Shown piece after piece: positions 1 to 9,366 of a stretch of 42,092 nt of DNA. Each line of letters begins with the position of its first letter. The stretch's first letter is position 1. The translations under genes were made by a program, and so were the position numbers. The notes under the pieces are model-generated. The model was not told where the DNA came from. It ran no database searches and worked only from the letters and a program-made list of their open reading frames with translations. The DNA is from Gammaproteobacteria bacterium (GTDB lineage: Bacteria > Pseudomonadota > Gammaproteobacteria > GCA-002705445 > GCA-002716945): NCBI GenBank assembly GCA_038142325.1, contig JAYQJW010000008.1:1-42092 (forward strand). The letters are read 5' to 3'.

Positions 1-1340
1 GAACCATTACGAATTTAAATAATACAGGAACTATTACAGGCACAAGTGGGTATAGTATTTACAACACCGGCACTATTACTAATTTGGCCAATTCTCAAAA
101 TAATCTTACTTTCATTAACAATCTTCCAACAAATTATTCTGTCATTATAAATAGTGCCTCGGACTACGGGAAAGTTACGTTCTCATCACCATCGGGTTCT
201 CTAAATTTTGCCATTGATAGCTCTTCATCACTTACAACAGGAACGTACTCAGCTGTCATGTCAGGAATTACTGCATCAAATATTGCTTCTGTTACTTCTG
301 GATCGTTTGAATTAGATGGCGCAATACATCGCTACAGTTTAAATAACAGCACAGGTACACAATGGGATTTAGTTATTAATTCTCTTGCCTCTGCAACAGA
401 TTGCTCGCTGAATTCATCTTTACCAGGATGTCAAAATACCGATGATATTTGTAAAACATTAGAGGTCACAATGAATCGAATGACACAAGATCAGGGTTAT
501 TTTGCACACATGAATACTTATGATTGTGATATTTTTGGAGATGATGGATATTGCATGTCATATGGTGCTAGACGAACTAAAATTACCAATCCATCAACAA
601 CAAGCTATAGCAGTGTAATTACTTTTGGCAAAAAAGAGACATCAAATTTTAGATGGTCTATTTTTTCACATTTCAATCACACATTAGATACACCATCTAA
701 CTTCACACTTAAGGATAAAATTCCATTAGTTGGTGGATTAGTTGTTTGGAATGAAAATGCTGATAAGTCAGGACTTCAAATAAAAGTTGGTAACACATAT
801 TCAAAAAAAACTTCTAGAATTACTCGAGTTCAATCAGGAGCATCTGAAGAAGCAACAGGCGATACAGTTGTAAGTGCTGAGTCATATCTTATTGAAGCCA
901 GATACAACAAAAAGATGGTTGATGGAGGTATCTATTCTCCTTTCGCTGCATATAGAAATTCTACAAAAAAACAAAACGGCTATACTGAAAAGTCTGCTGA
1001 ATATCCCGTCACCTATAATGAGATCGAAGATGAATCAAACACTATTATTTTAGGATTAAAATATGAAAAGTCACAAGATGATATAATTTATAAAGGTAGT
1101 CTAGGGTTAGAACATGATCTTTATCATTCAGTTGATCGTCTCATACCAACAGCTGCAGTAAGTATCTCGACTGTAAATCTTGATGAAAGTTTTGATAAGA
1201 CTCGTCCTGTCTTATCGTTCGGAATTGATAAATTCTTTACTCCAACAAAAAAAATTAGTGCTAGTTACCAGTATCAAAAATTACCTTATAGAAACATGTC
1301 GGAGAAAAACTTATATCTAAATTATAGCTTAGGATTTTAA
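1..1340 (+). CDS. Autotransporter-like outer-membrane protein, 5'-partial (passenger repeats plus C-terminal beta-barrel)
   Basis: Frame is open from base 3 (TITNLNNTGTITGTSGYSIYNTGTITNL), so the TTG at 84 is not the true start. N/T/G/S-rich GTI repeats resemble a beta-helical passenger. The last ~280 aa have alternating aromatic strands and end in LYLNYSLGF (terminal-Phe OMP signature). Confidence 0.8.
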   Translation, partial: TITNLNNTGTITGTSGYSIYNTGTITNLANSQNNLTFINNLPTNYSVIINSASDYGKVTFSSPSGSLNFAIDSSSSLTTGTYSAVMSGITASNIASVTSGSFELDGAIHRYSLNNSTGTQWDLVINSLASATDCSLNSSLPGCQNTDDICKTLEVTMNRMTQDQGYFAHMNTYDCDIFGDDGYCMSYGARRTKITNPSTTSYSSVITFGKKETSNFRWSIFSHFNHTLDTPSNFTLKDKIPLVGGLVVWNENADKSGLQIKVGNTYSKKTSRITRVQSGASEEATGDTVVSAESYLIEARYNKKMVDGGIYSPFAAYRNSTKKQNGYTEKSAEYPVTYNEIEDESNTIILGLKYEKSQDDIIYKGSLGLEHDLYHSVDRLIPTAAVSISTVNLDESFDKTRPVLSFGIDKFFTPTKKISASYQYQKLPYRNMSEKNLYLNYSLGF

Positions 1341-1369
1341 TCTTTTTTTCACATTATATATCTTTAGTA

Positions 1370-1378
1370 TGCTATAAT
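1370..1378 (+). promoter_or_regulatory. Extended -10 sigma70 promoter (TGcTATAAT) for the riboswitch/small-ORF unit
   Basis: TG-n-TATAAT consensus; predicted start site ~1385 falls at the first base of riboswitch copy 1 (1386). Confidence 0.65.
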
Positions 1379-1385
1379 TAAAGTT

Positions 1386-1440
1386 GTCTTGATTTAGAAA
1401 TTACTCTACTTGCTGGGACATTAAACAAACGCTAAAGGAG
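1386..1440 (+). ncRNA. SAM-II (SAM_alpha-type) riboswitch, copy 1
   Basis: GUCU-UGAUUU...CUCU-AC-UUGC-U-GGGAC-AUUAAACAAAC-GCUAAA-GGAG. Shows P1 (GUCU/GGAC), the UGAUUU loop, P2b (UUGC pairing with GC(U)AA), an A-rich L3 and P2a (CUCU pairing with the GGAG Shine-Dalgarno). Matches the SAM-II H-type pseudoknot pattern. Confidence 0.85.
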
Positions 1441-1445
1441 GTACT

Positions 1446-1625
1446 ATCAACAATAATATTGAAATACTCAATGCTCTCGAGGAAAAAGTTAAAACACTAG
1501 AATGTAACTCATCTTATATGTCTTCATCTGTTAAAAATAGAAGAAGATTTTATGAAATTGAATATGCATTTATCAGTGTGATGCTTGAAGTAGAATCAGA
1601 GTACAAAAAAGAAGAATATAACTAG
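1446..1625 (+). CDS. Small hypothetical protein (59 codons) with ATC at the expected start position; not in the ORF track
   Basis: AAGGAGGT SD, then an open frame (I/M)NNNIEILNALEEKVKTLECNSSYMSSSVKNRRRFYEIEYAFISVMLEVESEYKKEEYN* that fills the space between the two riboswitches exactly. Confidence 0.6.
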   Translation: MNNNIEILNALEEKVKTLECNSSYMSSSVKNRRRFYEIEYAFISVMLEVESEYKKEEYN

Positions 1626-1679
1626 TCCTGATTTAGAAATTACTCTACTTGCTGGGACATTAAACAAACGCTAAAGGAG
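1625..1679 (+). ncRNA. SAM-II (SAM_alpha-type) riboswitch, copy 2
   Basis: 54/55 identical to 1386-1440. The single difference (T1389 vs C1628) changes a U-G pair to C-G in P1, preserving the structure. Ends in the SD 6 nt before ATG 1686. Confidence 0.87.
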
Positions 1680-1685
1680 AAGAAA

Positions 1686-1937
1686 ATGACATATGAAGAA
1701 AAACAAACACTTACATCAATGATAAACAAATCTATTAAATCTCTTAAGAAGCTAAGGCTTACCTATGGTGGTAACCCTACAAGCTTTGCATCAGCAATGT
1801 ATGCGCATCACTTGAGAGATGCTATTGACCATGAGTTGCATGAATTTCTGGATGTAAGGGTTGAGCTGATGTTAGATAAAATTAACGAAAAGATAAATCA
1901 TCTAGAGTCTATTGAAGAAAAAGTAGCCAATCTATAA
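1686..1937 (+). CDS. Small hypothetical helical protein (83 aa), riboswitch-preceded
   Basis: Strong SD (AAGGAG) plus ATG, followed by a hairpin; no recognisable family; heptad-like C-terminus (KINEKINHLESIEEKVANL). Confidence 0.8.
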   Translation: MTYEEKQTLTSMINKSIKSLKKLRLTYGGNPTSFASAMYAHHLRDAIDHELHEFLDVRVELMLDKINEKINHLESIEEKVANL

Positions 1938-1947
1938 TTTCATAAAG

Positions 1948-1977
1948 AGGTCATGGGGAAGAGGTTACTCATGACCT
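1948..1977. terminator. Hairpin between convergent genes, probable terminator
   Basis: AGGTCATGGG...CTCATGACCT inverted repeat between the 83-aa ORF and the nth stop codon; U-tract is weak. Confidence 0.5.
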
Positions 1978-2615
1978 TAGTTATTCAAGCTCTTTGGTTT
2001 ATATGGACAATACTGAGATATTTTGCAGTCATGGCATTTTGGTTTTCTAGCTATGCAAGTATACCTGCCTAATATTATTAACCAGTGATGGGCATGTTTT
2101 TTGAACTCATCAGGAATATTTTTAATTAATTTTTTCTCAACAATTTCAACGGTTTTACCTGGAGCTAAACCAAGTCGATTAGATACTCTGAAAACATGTG
2201 TATCAACACCTATGGTGTGTTGTCCAAAAGCATTGTTTAAAACAACATTTGCAGTTTTTCTGCCAACACCAGGAAGCTTCATTAATTCTTCTCTTGTTTG
2301 GGGTATTTTATTTTTGTACTGTTTCCAAATAATTTCGGATGTTGCAATGACATTAACGGCCTTTGCATTATAAAGCCCGATAGTTTTGATATATGTTTTT
2401 AGTTTATTAACTCCTAGTTTAAATAATTTCTCAGGCGAAGGAGCATCTTTGAAAAGTTTTTTGGTAGCAGCATTAACACTTTTATCTGTAGCTTGAGCGG
2501 AGAGAACAACAGCTATGAGTAATTGGAAATGACTTTTAAATGTTAATTCAGTTACCGGTTCAGGATCTTGATTTCTGAGTATCTCAAAGACTTTTACAAT
2601 TTTATCTTTATTCAT
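1977..2615 (-). CDS. nth: Endonuclease III
   Basis: LLIAVVLSAQATD, HhH motif LPGVGRKTANVVL, VDTHV, and 4Fe-4S motif CIARKPKCHDCKISQYC. Confidence 0.97.
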   Translation of the reverse strand: MNKDKIVKVFEILRNQDPEPVTELTFKSHFQLLIAVVLSAQATDKSVNAATKKLFKDAPSPEKLFKLGVNKLKTYIKTIGLYNAKAVNVIATSEIIWKQYKNKIPQTREELMKLPGVGRKTANVVLNNAFGQHTIGVDTHVFRVSNRLGLAPGKTVEIVEKKLIKNIPDEFKKHAHHWLIILGRYTCIARKPKCHDCKISQYCPYKPKSLNN

Positions 2616-3214
2616 ACTTTTTGATATTTTTATTTTTTTTAGATTCAGTTTCTAAGGCGTATTTAATATATTCCTGCATTTCACTATCTTCTAAAACTTT
2701 TTTTCTATTTTCTTCCTTATCCTTTTTGATACGGTCTAATCTATCTAATCTTTGGTAGTAGTTATTTTTAGAATCTTCTGATTGTTTTGATGGCCATACC
2801 CAATTTTTTTGATCAGCTTTTATCATCGACATGCAATTTACCGGACACTCGTCTATACAGAGTTCACAACCATTACATTGATCTTCTAATACTTTATGTA
2901 TCATATGCCTTGCACCAACAATTGCATCAACAGGACATACCTTAATACAAATTGTACAGCCGATACATTCTTCACGTACGATATCAGCAATTTCATGCAT
3001 CTTTCGTTTGTTCGTTTGGTTGATAATTATGATTAAGTAGTAAGGCTTTGATGTGATTTTGTGTTTGTGGACCACCTGGTTCACATTTATCGGTTTTTTC
3101 TTTCTTATTAATTATCGACTGTGCGTAACTTTTGCAATCAGGGTATTCACATTTTTTGCATTGTAACTGAGGCAATACCTCAATGATTTGATTAACTAAT
3201 TCTTTGTCATTCAT
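2608..3214 (-). CDS. rsxB: RnfB/RsxB-like ferredoxin, split by one frameshift near 3000
   Basis: N-part LPQLQCKKCEYPDC...CEPGG (FeS domain, ORF 2993-3214) and C-part CIGCTICIKVCPVDAI / CNGCELCIDECPVNC (ORF 2608-3084); usual position between metG and nth. Confidence 0.85.
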
Positions 3215-5195
3215 CTATGAAATTTTAGAACCTGGAGCAACATCTTTTTCGGGCTGTAGGATTATAATATCACCGTCATGTTGTGTTGCTAGCACCATTC
3301 CATTTGATACACCAAATTTCATTTTTCTAGGTTTAAGATTAGCAATAACCACAACTAATTTCCCAATAAGCTGTTCTGGAGTATAAGATTTTTTAATACC
3401 TGCAAAAATAGTTCTAGTTTCATCACCTAGATCAACTTCAAGCTCAAGAAGCTTTCTAGAGTCTTCAAGTTCTTTTGCATTGATGACCTTTGCAACACGC
3501 AAATCAACTTTAATAAAATCATCAATGGTAATTTTATCATCTTCTTTTTCTATTACGTCTTCAGTTTTATTTTCATCTTTCATCTTTTCAATACTCTCTT
3601 TATTAATTCTAGTGATTAATGGTTCAAATGCATTAATTTTATGTTCCTCTAAGCAATTGCCTATATTATTCCAATTGATTGGTTTGCTGTCTAAAATAGC
3701 TTCAACTTTAGCTGCTATTTCAGGTAATACAGGTTTCAAATATCCTATAATAATTTTAAAGACATTCACTCCATCAGAACAAATTTTTTGGACTTGTTCT
3801 TTGGTTGATTCGTCTTTGATTTTAATCCACGGTTTTTCTTCATCTAAATATTTATTTACTTCATCACTAATAGAAGAAATAATTCGCATGTTAGCTGCAT
3901 AGTTTCTTGCCTCATAGTTATCTTATAATTTCAGTTTTTTTAGATAAGGCAGACTCTATTAGATTTTTATTATCTACAGTTTTAGAAAGTTCATTTCCAA
4001 AGTCTTTATTAATAAACTTTGCACATCGACTACCAATATTAATAATTTTCCCTACAAGATCAGAATTAACACGCGCCATAAAGTCATCAAAATTCAAATC
4101 AATATCTTCAATTTTATTCGTAAGACGACTTGAGAAATAATATCTTAAATAATCTGGCTGTAAGTGATTGAGGTAAGTGCGGGCATTAAAAAAGGTACCA
4201 CGTGATTTAGACATTTTCTCACCGTCGATAGTTAAAAACCCGTGACAGAAAACTCCATCAGGTTTTCTAAAACCAGCACCTTCCAACATTGCTGGCCAAA
4301 ATAAACCATGGAAATATGCAATATCTTTTCCAATGAAATGATAAAGTTCAGTTTTAGAACCTTCAGACCAATCATCTAAATAGTTTTGATTATTTTTATC
4401 ACAGTAATTTTTATGTGATGCAATATACCCAATTGGCGCATCAAGCCATACATAAAAGAATTTATCTTTAAGTCCTGGTATCTCAAATCCAAAATATGGT
4501 TTGTCTCTGGTTATATCCCAATCAACTAATTCTCCTGATAACCATTCACTAAGTTTATTTTTTATTTCTTTTTGAATATTGTTTTCGCCCATCCATTTTT
4601 TAAGGAAATCTTGATATGAACTGAGCTTAAAAAATACATGCTCAGTAGTTTTAGTAATAGGTTTGGTATTACTTACTGTAGAGATCGGATTCTTAATTTC
4701 AGATGATGAATATGTTGCTCCACATTCTTCACAAGAATCACCATATTGGTCTTTTGCTCCACACTTAGGGCATTCGCCTTTAATAAATCTATCCGGAAGA
4801 AACATTTTAGCTTCATCATCGTAATACTGTTCAATTTCTTTACTGGCTATGTCTCCTTTATCTTTCAATGCAAGATAAATCTTTTCTGAAATCTCTCTAT
4901 TTTCATCAGAGTGAGTTGTATGAAAATTATCAAATTCAATTTGAAAATCTTTAAAATCTTTTACATGTTCCTCGTAAGTATTTTTGATTAATGCCTCTGG
5001 AGTAATTCCTAGTTCCTTAGCTTTAAGCATAATAGGCGTCCCATGAGAATCATCAGCACAGATATAGACACAATCATTTCCAGCCATCTTCTGACTTCTC
5101 ACCCAAATATCTGTTTGCAAGTACTCAACAAGGTGGCCTAAATGGATAGAACCATTCGCATAGGGCAGTGCACTTGTTACTATTATTCTTCTCAT
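3215..5195 (-). CDS. metG: Methionine--tRNA ligase, split by one frameshift near 3925 (likely sequence error)
   Basis: [15 protein letters not shown], Zn-knuckle [23 protein letters not shown]. The second ORF has the anticodon-binding domain and C-terminal tRNA-binding OB fold ([27 protein letters not shown]). Confidence 0.96.
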
Positions 5196-5298
5196 TGAAA
5201 TTTGATAATTTGCCTATAAATTAATTGTTATGAGGTTATAATAAGACCTCAACACATAGTGTGTATTGTATATTAAAACCACAAAAAGGACTAAGGGA

Positions 5299-6381
5299 AT
5301 GAATAAAGAGAACATAGAAGCCTTACTAAAAGACTATCAGTGTCCATACATGGGTACCGATCTTGTGAGCGGAAACACTGTCAAAGAGATTAAGGTTGAG
5401 GGAAACAATGTCTATGTGAAGTGTGTCTTGGGCTGGCCTGCAGAAGGTATCATGCAAGCATTTCATGAAAATATGGATAAAAAGATTAAAGAAGCTTATC
5501 CAGATGCTCAAACAAATTTAGATTTAAGCTATGAGATTTCTGCTCATGGCGTACAACAATCAGTTGAAAGAATAAAAGGCATTAAAAATATTATTGCAGT
5601 TGCATCAGGTAAAGGCGGCGTTGGTAAATCAACAACTGCTGTGAATCTTGCTTTAGCTTTAAAAGAAGAAGGTGCAACAGCTGCTATTCTAGATGCAGAT
5701 ATTTATGGGCCAAGCATTCCAAGAATGTTGGGTGTGAGCGGACAACCTGATTCTGAAGATGGTAAGACATTAGAGCCTAAAATCGGACATGGTTTGCAAT
5801 CTATGTCGATAGGTCTTTTAGTTGAAGAAGATACACCAATGATTTGGAGAGGACCAATGGTTACTCAAGCATTGGAGCAATTACTTTCAGATACTAATTG
5901 GAAAGATGTCGACTATTTAATTATCGATCTACCACCTGGTACAGGTGATGTCCAATTAACACTGTGTCAAAAAATCCCTGTTAGTGGAGCGGTTATTGTA
6001 ACTACACCACAAGACATCTCACTTATTGATGCTCGTAAAGGACTTAAAATGTTTGAAAAAGTTGAAGTGCCTGTTCTAGGTATCGTTGAAAACATGAGTA
6101 CACATGTATGTAAAAAATGTGGACACATTGAAAGTATCTTTGGTGAAGGTGGAGGGGAGCAATTAGCTTCTGAAGCTGGTGTCAAACTATTAGGCGAGCT
6201 TCCACTTGAAAAACAAATCAGAGAAGAGATGGATAAGGGCACACCAACAGTGTCATCTAATCCAATGGATCCTGCATCTTTAGCCTATCGTGAGATTGCA
6301 CGTAAAATGACAGCAACATTATCGATGCGTAAAAAAGATTACAGTTCAGCTTTTCCAAAGATTGTTATTCAAAACGACTAA
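5299..6381 (+). CDS. apbC: Fe-S cluster carrier ATPase Mrp/ApbC
   Basis: VASGKGGVGKSTT, DADIYGPS, WRGPM, DLPPGTGD, ENMS-CxxC; ATG at 5299 after a purine-rich SD is the likelier start; divergent from metG. Confidence 0.95.
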   Translation: MNKENIEALLKDYQCPYMGTDLVSGNTVKEIKVEGNNVYVKCVLGWPAEGIMQAFHENMDKKIKEAYPDAQTNLDLSYEISAHGVQQSVERIKGIKNIIAVASGKGGVGKSTTAVNLALALKEEGATAAILDADIYGPSIPRMLGVSGQPDSEDGKTLEPKIGHGLQSMSIGLLVEEDTPMIWRGPMVTQALEQLLSDTNWKDVDYLIIDLPPGTGDVQLTLCQKIPVSGAVIVTTPQDISLIDARKGLKMFEKVEVPVLGIVENMSTHVCKKCGHIESIFGEGGGEQLASEAGVKLLGELPLEKQIREEMDKGTPTVSSNPMDPASLAYREIARKMTATLSMRKKDYSSAFPKIVIQND

Positions 6382-6948
6382 ATGGCAATTAAGTCGGATA
6401 GATGGATCAAAGAAATGGCAGAAAGCCATGGAATGATTGAACCGTTCCAATATGACCAAGTAAAGAAAAATGAAACAGGTTCGATAGTATCTTATGGCAC
6501 CTCAAGCTATGGATATGATGTTCGTTGCTCAGATGAATTTAAAATCTTTACCAATATTAATTCAGCTTTTGTAGATCCTAAAGCTTTTGATGAGCAAAGT
6601 TTTGTCGATGTGAAATCTGATGTCTGCATCATCCCACCTAATTCATTTGCTTTGGCTAGGACAGTTGAATATTTTAGAATTCCAAGACAAGTCCTTACTT
6701 TATGTTTAGGTAAATCTACCTATGCTCGATGTGGAATTATTGTAAACGTCACTCCACTTGAGCCTGAATGGGAAGGGCATGTCACGTTAGAGTTTTCAAA
6801 TACAACACCATTACCTGCAAAAATTTATGCCAATGAAGGGGTCGCACAATTTATCTTTTTAGAATCAGATGATGTTTGTGAAACATCTTATAAAGACCGC
6901 AAAGGTAAATATCAAGGTCAAAAAGGTGTTACATTACCGAAAACATAA
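6382..6948 (+). CDS. dcd: dCTP deaminase
   Basis: [33 protein letters not shown]. Confidence 0.97.
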   Translation: MAIKSDRWIKEMAESHGMIEPFQYDQVKKNETGSIVSYGTSSYGYDVRCSDEFKIFTNINSAFVDPKAFDEQSFVDVKSDVCIIPPNSFALARTVEYFRIPRQVLTLCLGKSTYARCGIIVNVTPLEPEWEGHVTLEFSNTTPLPAKIYANEGVAQFIFLESDDVCETSYKDRKGKYQGQKGVTLPKT

Positions 6949-6975
6949 TATAATAAGAATTAAAGGAGCATTAAT

Positions 6976-7272
6976 ATGGATTTAAATAGAGACGGTGACG
7001 GATTTTTAATCAATACCAATGATTGGTCAGAAGAGGTCATGCAACAGATGGCTGAAGCTGATGGATTTGTTATTACAGAGGAAATTAAAACCTATATTGA
7101 TAAAGCTCGTGAAATGTATAACGAAACAGGCACTGTTCCTGCTGTTCGTAATTTTGCAAAAGAATTTGGCATGGATAGAAAGGCAAGTAAATTATATGAA
7201 GTCTTTGAATCTGGGCCAATGAAAAAGATTGCTAAGTATGGTGGTCTTCCGAAGCCTACAGGCTGCGTCTAA
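6976..7272 (+). CDS. TusE/DsrC-family sulfur relay protein (single C-terminal Cys)
   Basis: DGDGFL...DWSEEV, GP...GGLPKPTGCV C-terminal arm; good SD (AAGGAG). Confidence 0.88.
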   Translation: MDLNRDGDGFLINTNDWSEEVMQQMAEADGFVITEEIKTYIDKAREMYNETGTVPAVRNFAKEFGMDRKASKLYEVFESGPMKKIAKYGGLPKPTGCV

Positions 7273-7318
7273 ATTTTTCATCACAAGTAAATTAATCTAA
7301 CTCACTCAGGAGATTATT

Positions 7319-7540
7319 ATGAGTCTTTCGACTTTGAAGTGGGCTAGTACATTTTTTGTATTAGTCGGCATAACTGTTGCACAATTTAACATATACCCTT
7401 TATACATATTTATACATTCTATAGGCGCAGTAGGTTGGATGACTTCAGGATACTTGATGAAAGATAAAGCTGTTATGACAAACTTCGGTCTTCAAATACC
7501 AATATTTGTTGTGGGTTATCTAAATTATTTTATGAGTTAA
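7319..7540 (+). CDS. Small membrane protein (about 3 TM segments)
   Basis: SD AGGAG; hydrophobic LKW...YP...GW pattern. Confidence 0.7.
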   Translation: MSLSTLKWASTFFVLVGITVAQFNIYPLYIFIHSIGAVGWMTSGYLMKDKAVMTNFGLQIPIFVVGYLNYFMS

Positions 7541-8127
7541 TAAAGTTCAATAGAAGCTAAATCAATCTTTGCAGAGAACTTTTTACCAATAGCGACAATA
7601 CCGATAGTTTTAATATCTTGTGATACAACATTGGTTGGCTGATAGAAGTTTGATTTTTTAAAAGACGTGAATGGAAGTTCGACTGTTGTCCATTGATCAG
7701 TTGCTTGAAAAGCAGATTCATAATACTGCCAGGGAAGCAGTAAGTATTTTGTTCTAAGATGAACGACGTATTCATGATTGTTGCCTCTTACTCGTAAACG
7801 GACACCTTTAAAACTTTTATCACTAGGATGATTTTTAATTTTTGTACGAAATTGTATGAAACCACCATTATTTTCAAGGGACAGTTCTCCTGTCATGCGG
7901 TAAAAATAATCATTACCTTCTTTTTTTACTTCTAATGAACCCTCTGATAATCCACCCATAACTTTGTCAGTTACGAAACACCACTTTGCATTTCCAGCCT
8001 CACAAAATTCTTCATCCGGCTGTCCTGATTGAGCGGACATGTCATCAATTATCATCTTATCTGCCAAAGAAGTATTTCCTGTAAAAAATATTAAAATTAA
8101 AAAGATTGGTAAAAATTTTATATTCAT
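7537..8127 (-). CDS. CIA30-family protein with N-terminal signal peptide
   Basis: DKVMGGLS, GELSLENNGGF, W...ELPFTSF motifs typical of CIA30/NDUFAF1-like domains. Confidence 0.85.
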   Translation of the reverse strand: MNIKFLPIFLILIFFTGNTSLADKMIIDDMSAQSGQPDEEFCEAGNAKWCFVTDKVMGGLSEGSLEVKKEGNDYFYRMTGELSLENNGGFIQFRTKIKNHPSDKSFKGVRLRVRGNNHEYVVHLRTKYLLLPWQYYESAFQATDQWTTVELPFTSFKKSNFYQPTNVVSQDIKTIGIVAIGKKFSAKIDLASIELY

Positions 8128-8777
8128 CTAAAACTAATACATTCCCAATTATTATTCTTACCGATTTCAATCAGCTTGTCATCACCATCTACTACTATCG
8201 GTGTTTTTACTTTCTCCAACAAAGGAAGATCATTAAACGAGTCAGAGTAAAATGATGCTTTTGATAAATCATAGCCATTATCAGCTACCCAACCCTTTAC
8301 TTTATTAAGTTTTCCTTCACGAAAGCAAGGAGCGCCTATTACTTTACCGGTAAAATGATTATTCTTTACTTCAAACTCTGTAGCTATCAGAGTCGATACA
8401 TTAAATAGTTCTGCAATTGGACGTGTGACAAAGTCATTAGTGGCTGTTGCAATAATCACAGTACTTCCATCATCTATTGCTTGTCCAATTATGTTTCTTC
8501 CAGCCTCTGTCATAATTGGTTTTATTTTTTCTTCTAAGAATTGTTCACGAAGTTTTAATAAATAATCCATATCATTTTCAATAAGCGGTTTAAGGCAAAA
8601 TGATAAAAAACCATCTATATCCAAACTTCCATCATAATAGTTACTATAAAATTTTTCACTTTCATCTAAATAACTTGGTCCAACTACATTTTGCTCAGCT
8701 AGAAATATTCCCCAATTTCTATCACTGTCACCTGCAAGTAAGGTGTTGTCTAGATCAAATATTAAAAGTTCATTCAT
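8124..8777 (-). CDS. HAD-IB hydrolase, probable histidinol-phosphatase
   Basis: FDLDNTLLAGDSD, TAT, YSDSFNDLPLL; divergent from rppH, as for the Pseudomonas HAD histidinol-phosphatase. Confidence 0.85.
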   Translation of the reverse strand: MNELLIFDLDNTLLAGDSDRNWGIFLAEQNVVGPSYLDESEKFYSNYYDGSLDIDGFLSFCLKPLIENDMDYLLKLREQFLEEKIKPIMTEAGRNIIGQAIDDGSTVIIATATNDFVTRPIAELFNVSTLIATEFEVKNNHFTGKVIGAPCFREGKLNKVKGWVADNGYDLSKASFYSDSFNDLPLLEKVKTPIVVDGDDKLIEIGKNNNWECISFR

Positions 8778-8889
8778 TATTTTAATTAATAAGGGATAAT
8801 TAGTCGTATATACTGGTAGTAGTATATCGGTTCAAGGGGGATGATAAAAGCCGTGTATCTCAAAGTCACACATATATCCGAGCATATTT

Positions 8890-9366
8890 ATGGATAAGAA
8901 AAATTATCGAAGAGGCGTTGGCATGATTATCATGAATCATGAAGGACGCTTTTGGCTCGGCAAAAGAATAGGAACTGATGCTTGGCAATTTCCTCAAGGC
9001 GGAATTGATAAGGGAGAATCTGTTAGGGAAGCTATGTATCGAGAACTTCATGAAGAGACAGGATTAAAAAAAGAAGTAATTGAGATTGTGAGCATTAGTA
9101 AGAAATGGCTGGTTTATCACATACCCCACCTTTTCCAGAGACAAAATAAGAAATATGATGGAGCTATGCAGAAGTGGTACCTCCTAAAACTTGTAGGAAA
9201 AGATACAGAGATTGATTTAAACGCAACGGGTCATGCAGAATTTGATGATTGGAAATGGGGCGATAAAGCAACAGCAATTACCAGCGTAATTAAATTTAAA
9301 CGTGATGTCTATAAAAGTATCTTTAGAGAATTTAAAGATGTTTTAGATGGGTTTGTAGATAACTAA
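8890..9366 (+). CDS. rppH: RNA pyrophosphohydrolase
   Basis: WQFPQGGID, Nudix box GESVREAMYRELHEETGL, QKWYLL, EFDDW, FKRDVY. Confidence 0.95.
   Translation: MDKKNYRRGVGMIIMNHEGRFWLGKRIGTDAWQFPQGGIDKGESVREAMYRELHEETGLKKEVIEIVSISKKWLVYHIPHLFQRQNKKYDGAMQKWYLLKLVGKDTEIDLNATGHAEFDDWKWGDKATAITSVIKFKRDVYKSIFREFKDVLDGFVDN

Noticed and set aside
84-86. TTG start of the first ORF
   Set aside because: The frame is open and repeat-like back to the window edge; the gene starts upstream.
1386-1679. 55-bp direct repeat as a CRISPR array, integron attC site or IS end
   Set aside because: Only two copies, a 184-nt coding spacer, no cas/integrase/transposase genes; the repeat ends in an SD and fits the SAM-II fold.
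2608-3214. Orphan rsxB as a novel system
   Set aside because: Standalone rsxB between metG and nth is a familiar arrangement in proteobacteria; the split is likely an error.
3889-3930. Naturally split or programmed-frameshift metG
   Set aside because: The break is inside the anticodon-binding domain of an essential enzyme, a single indel restores it, no slippery site with stimulator was seen, and similar indels are widespread in the window.
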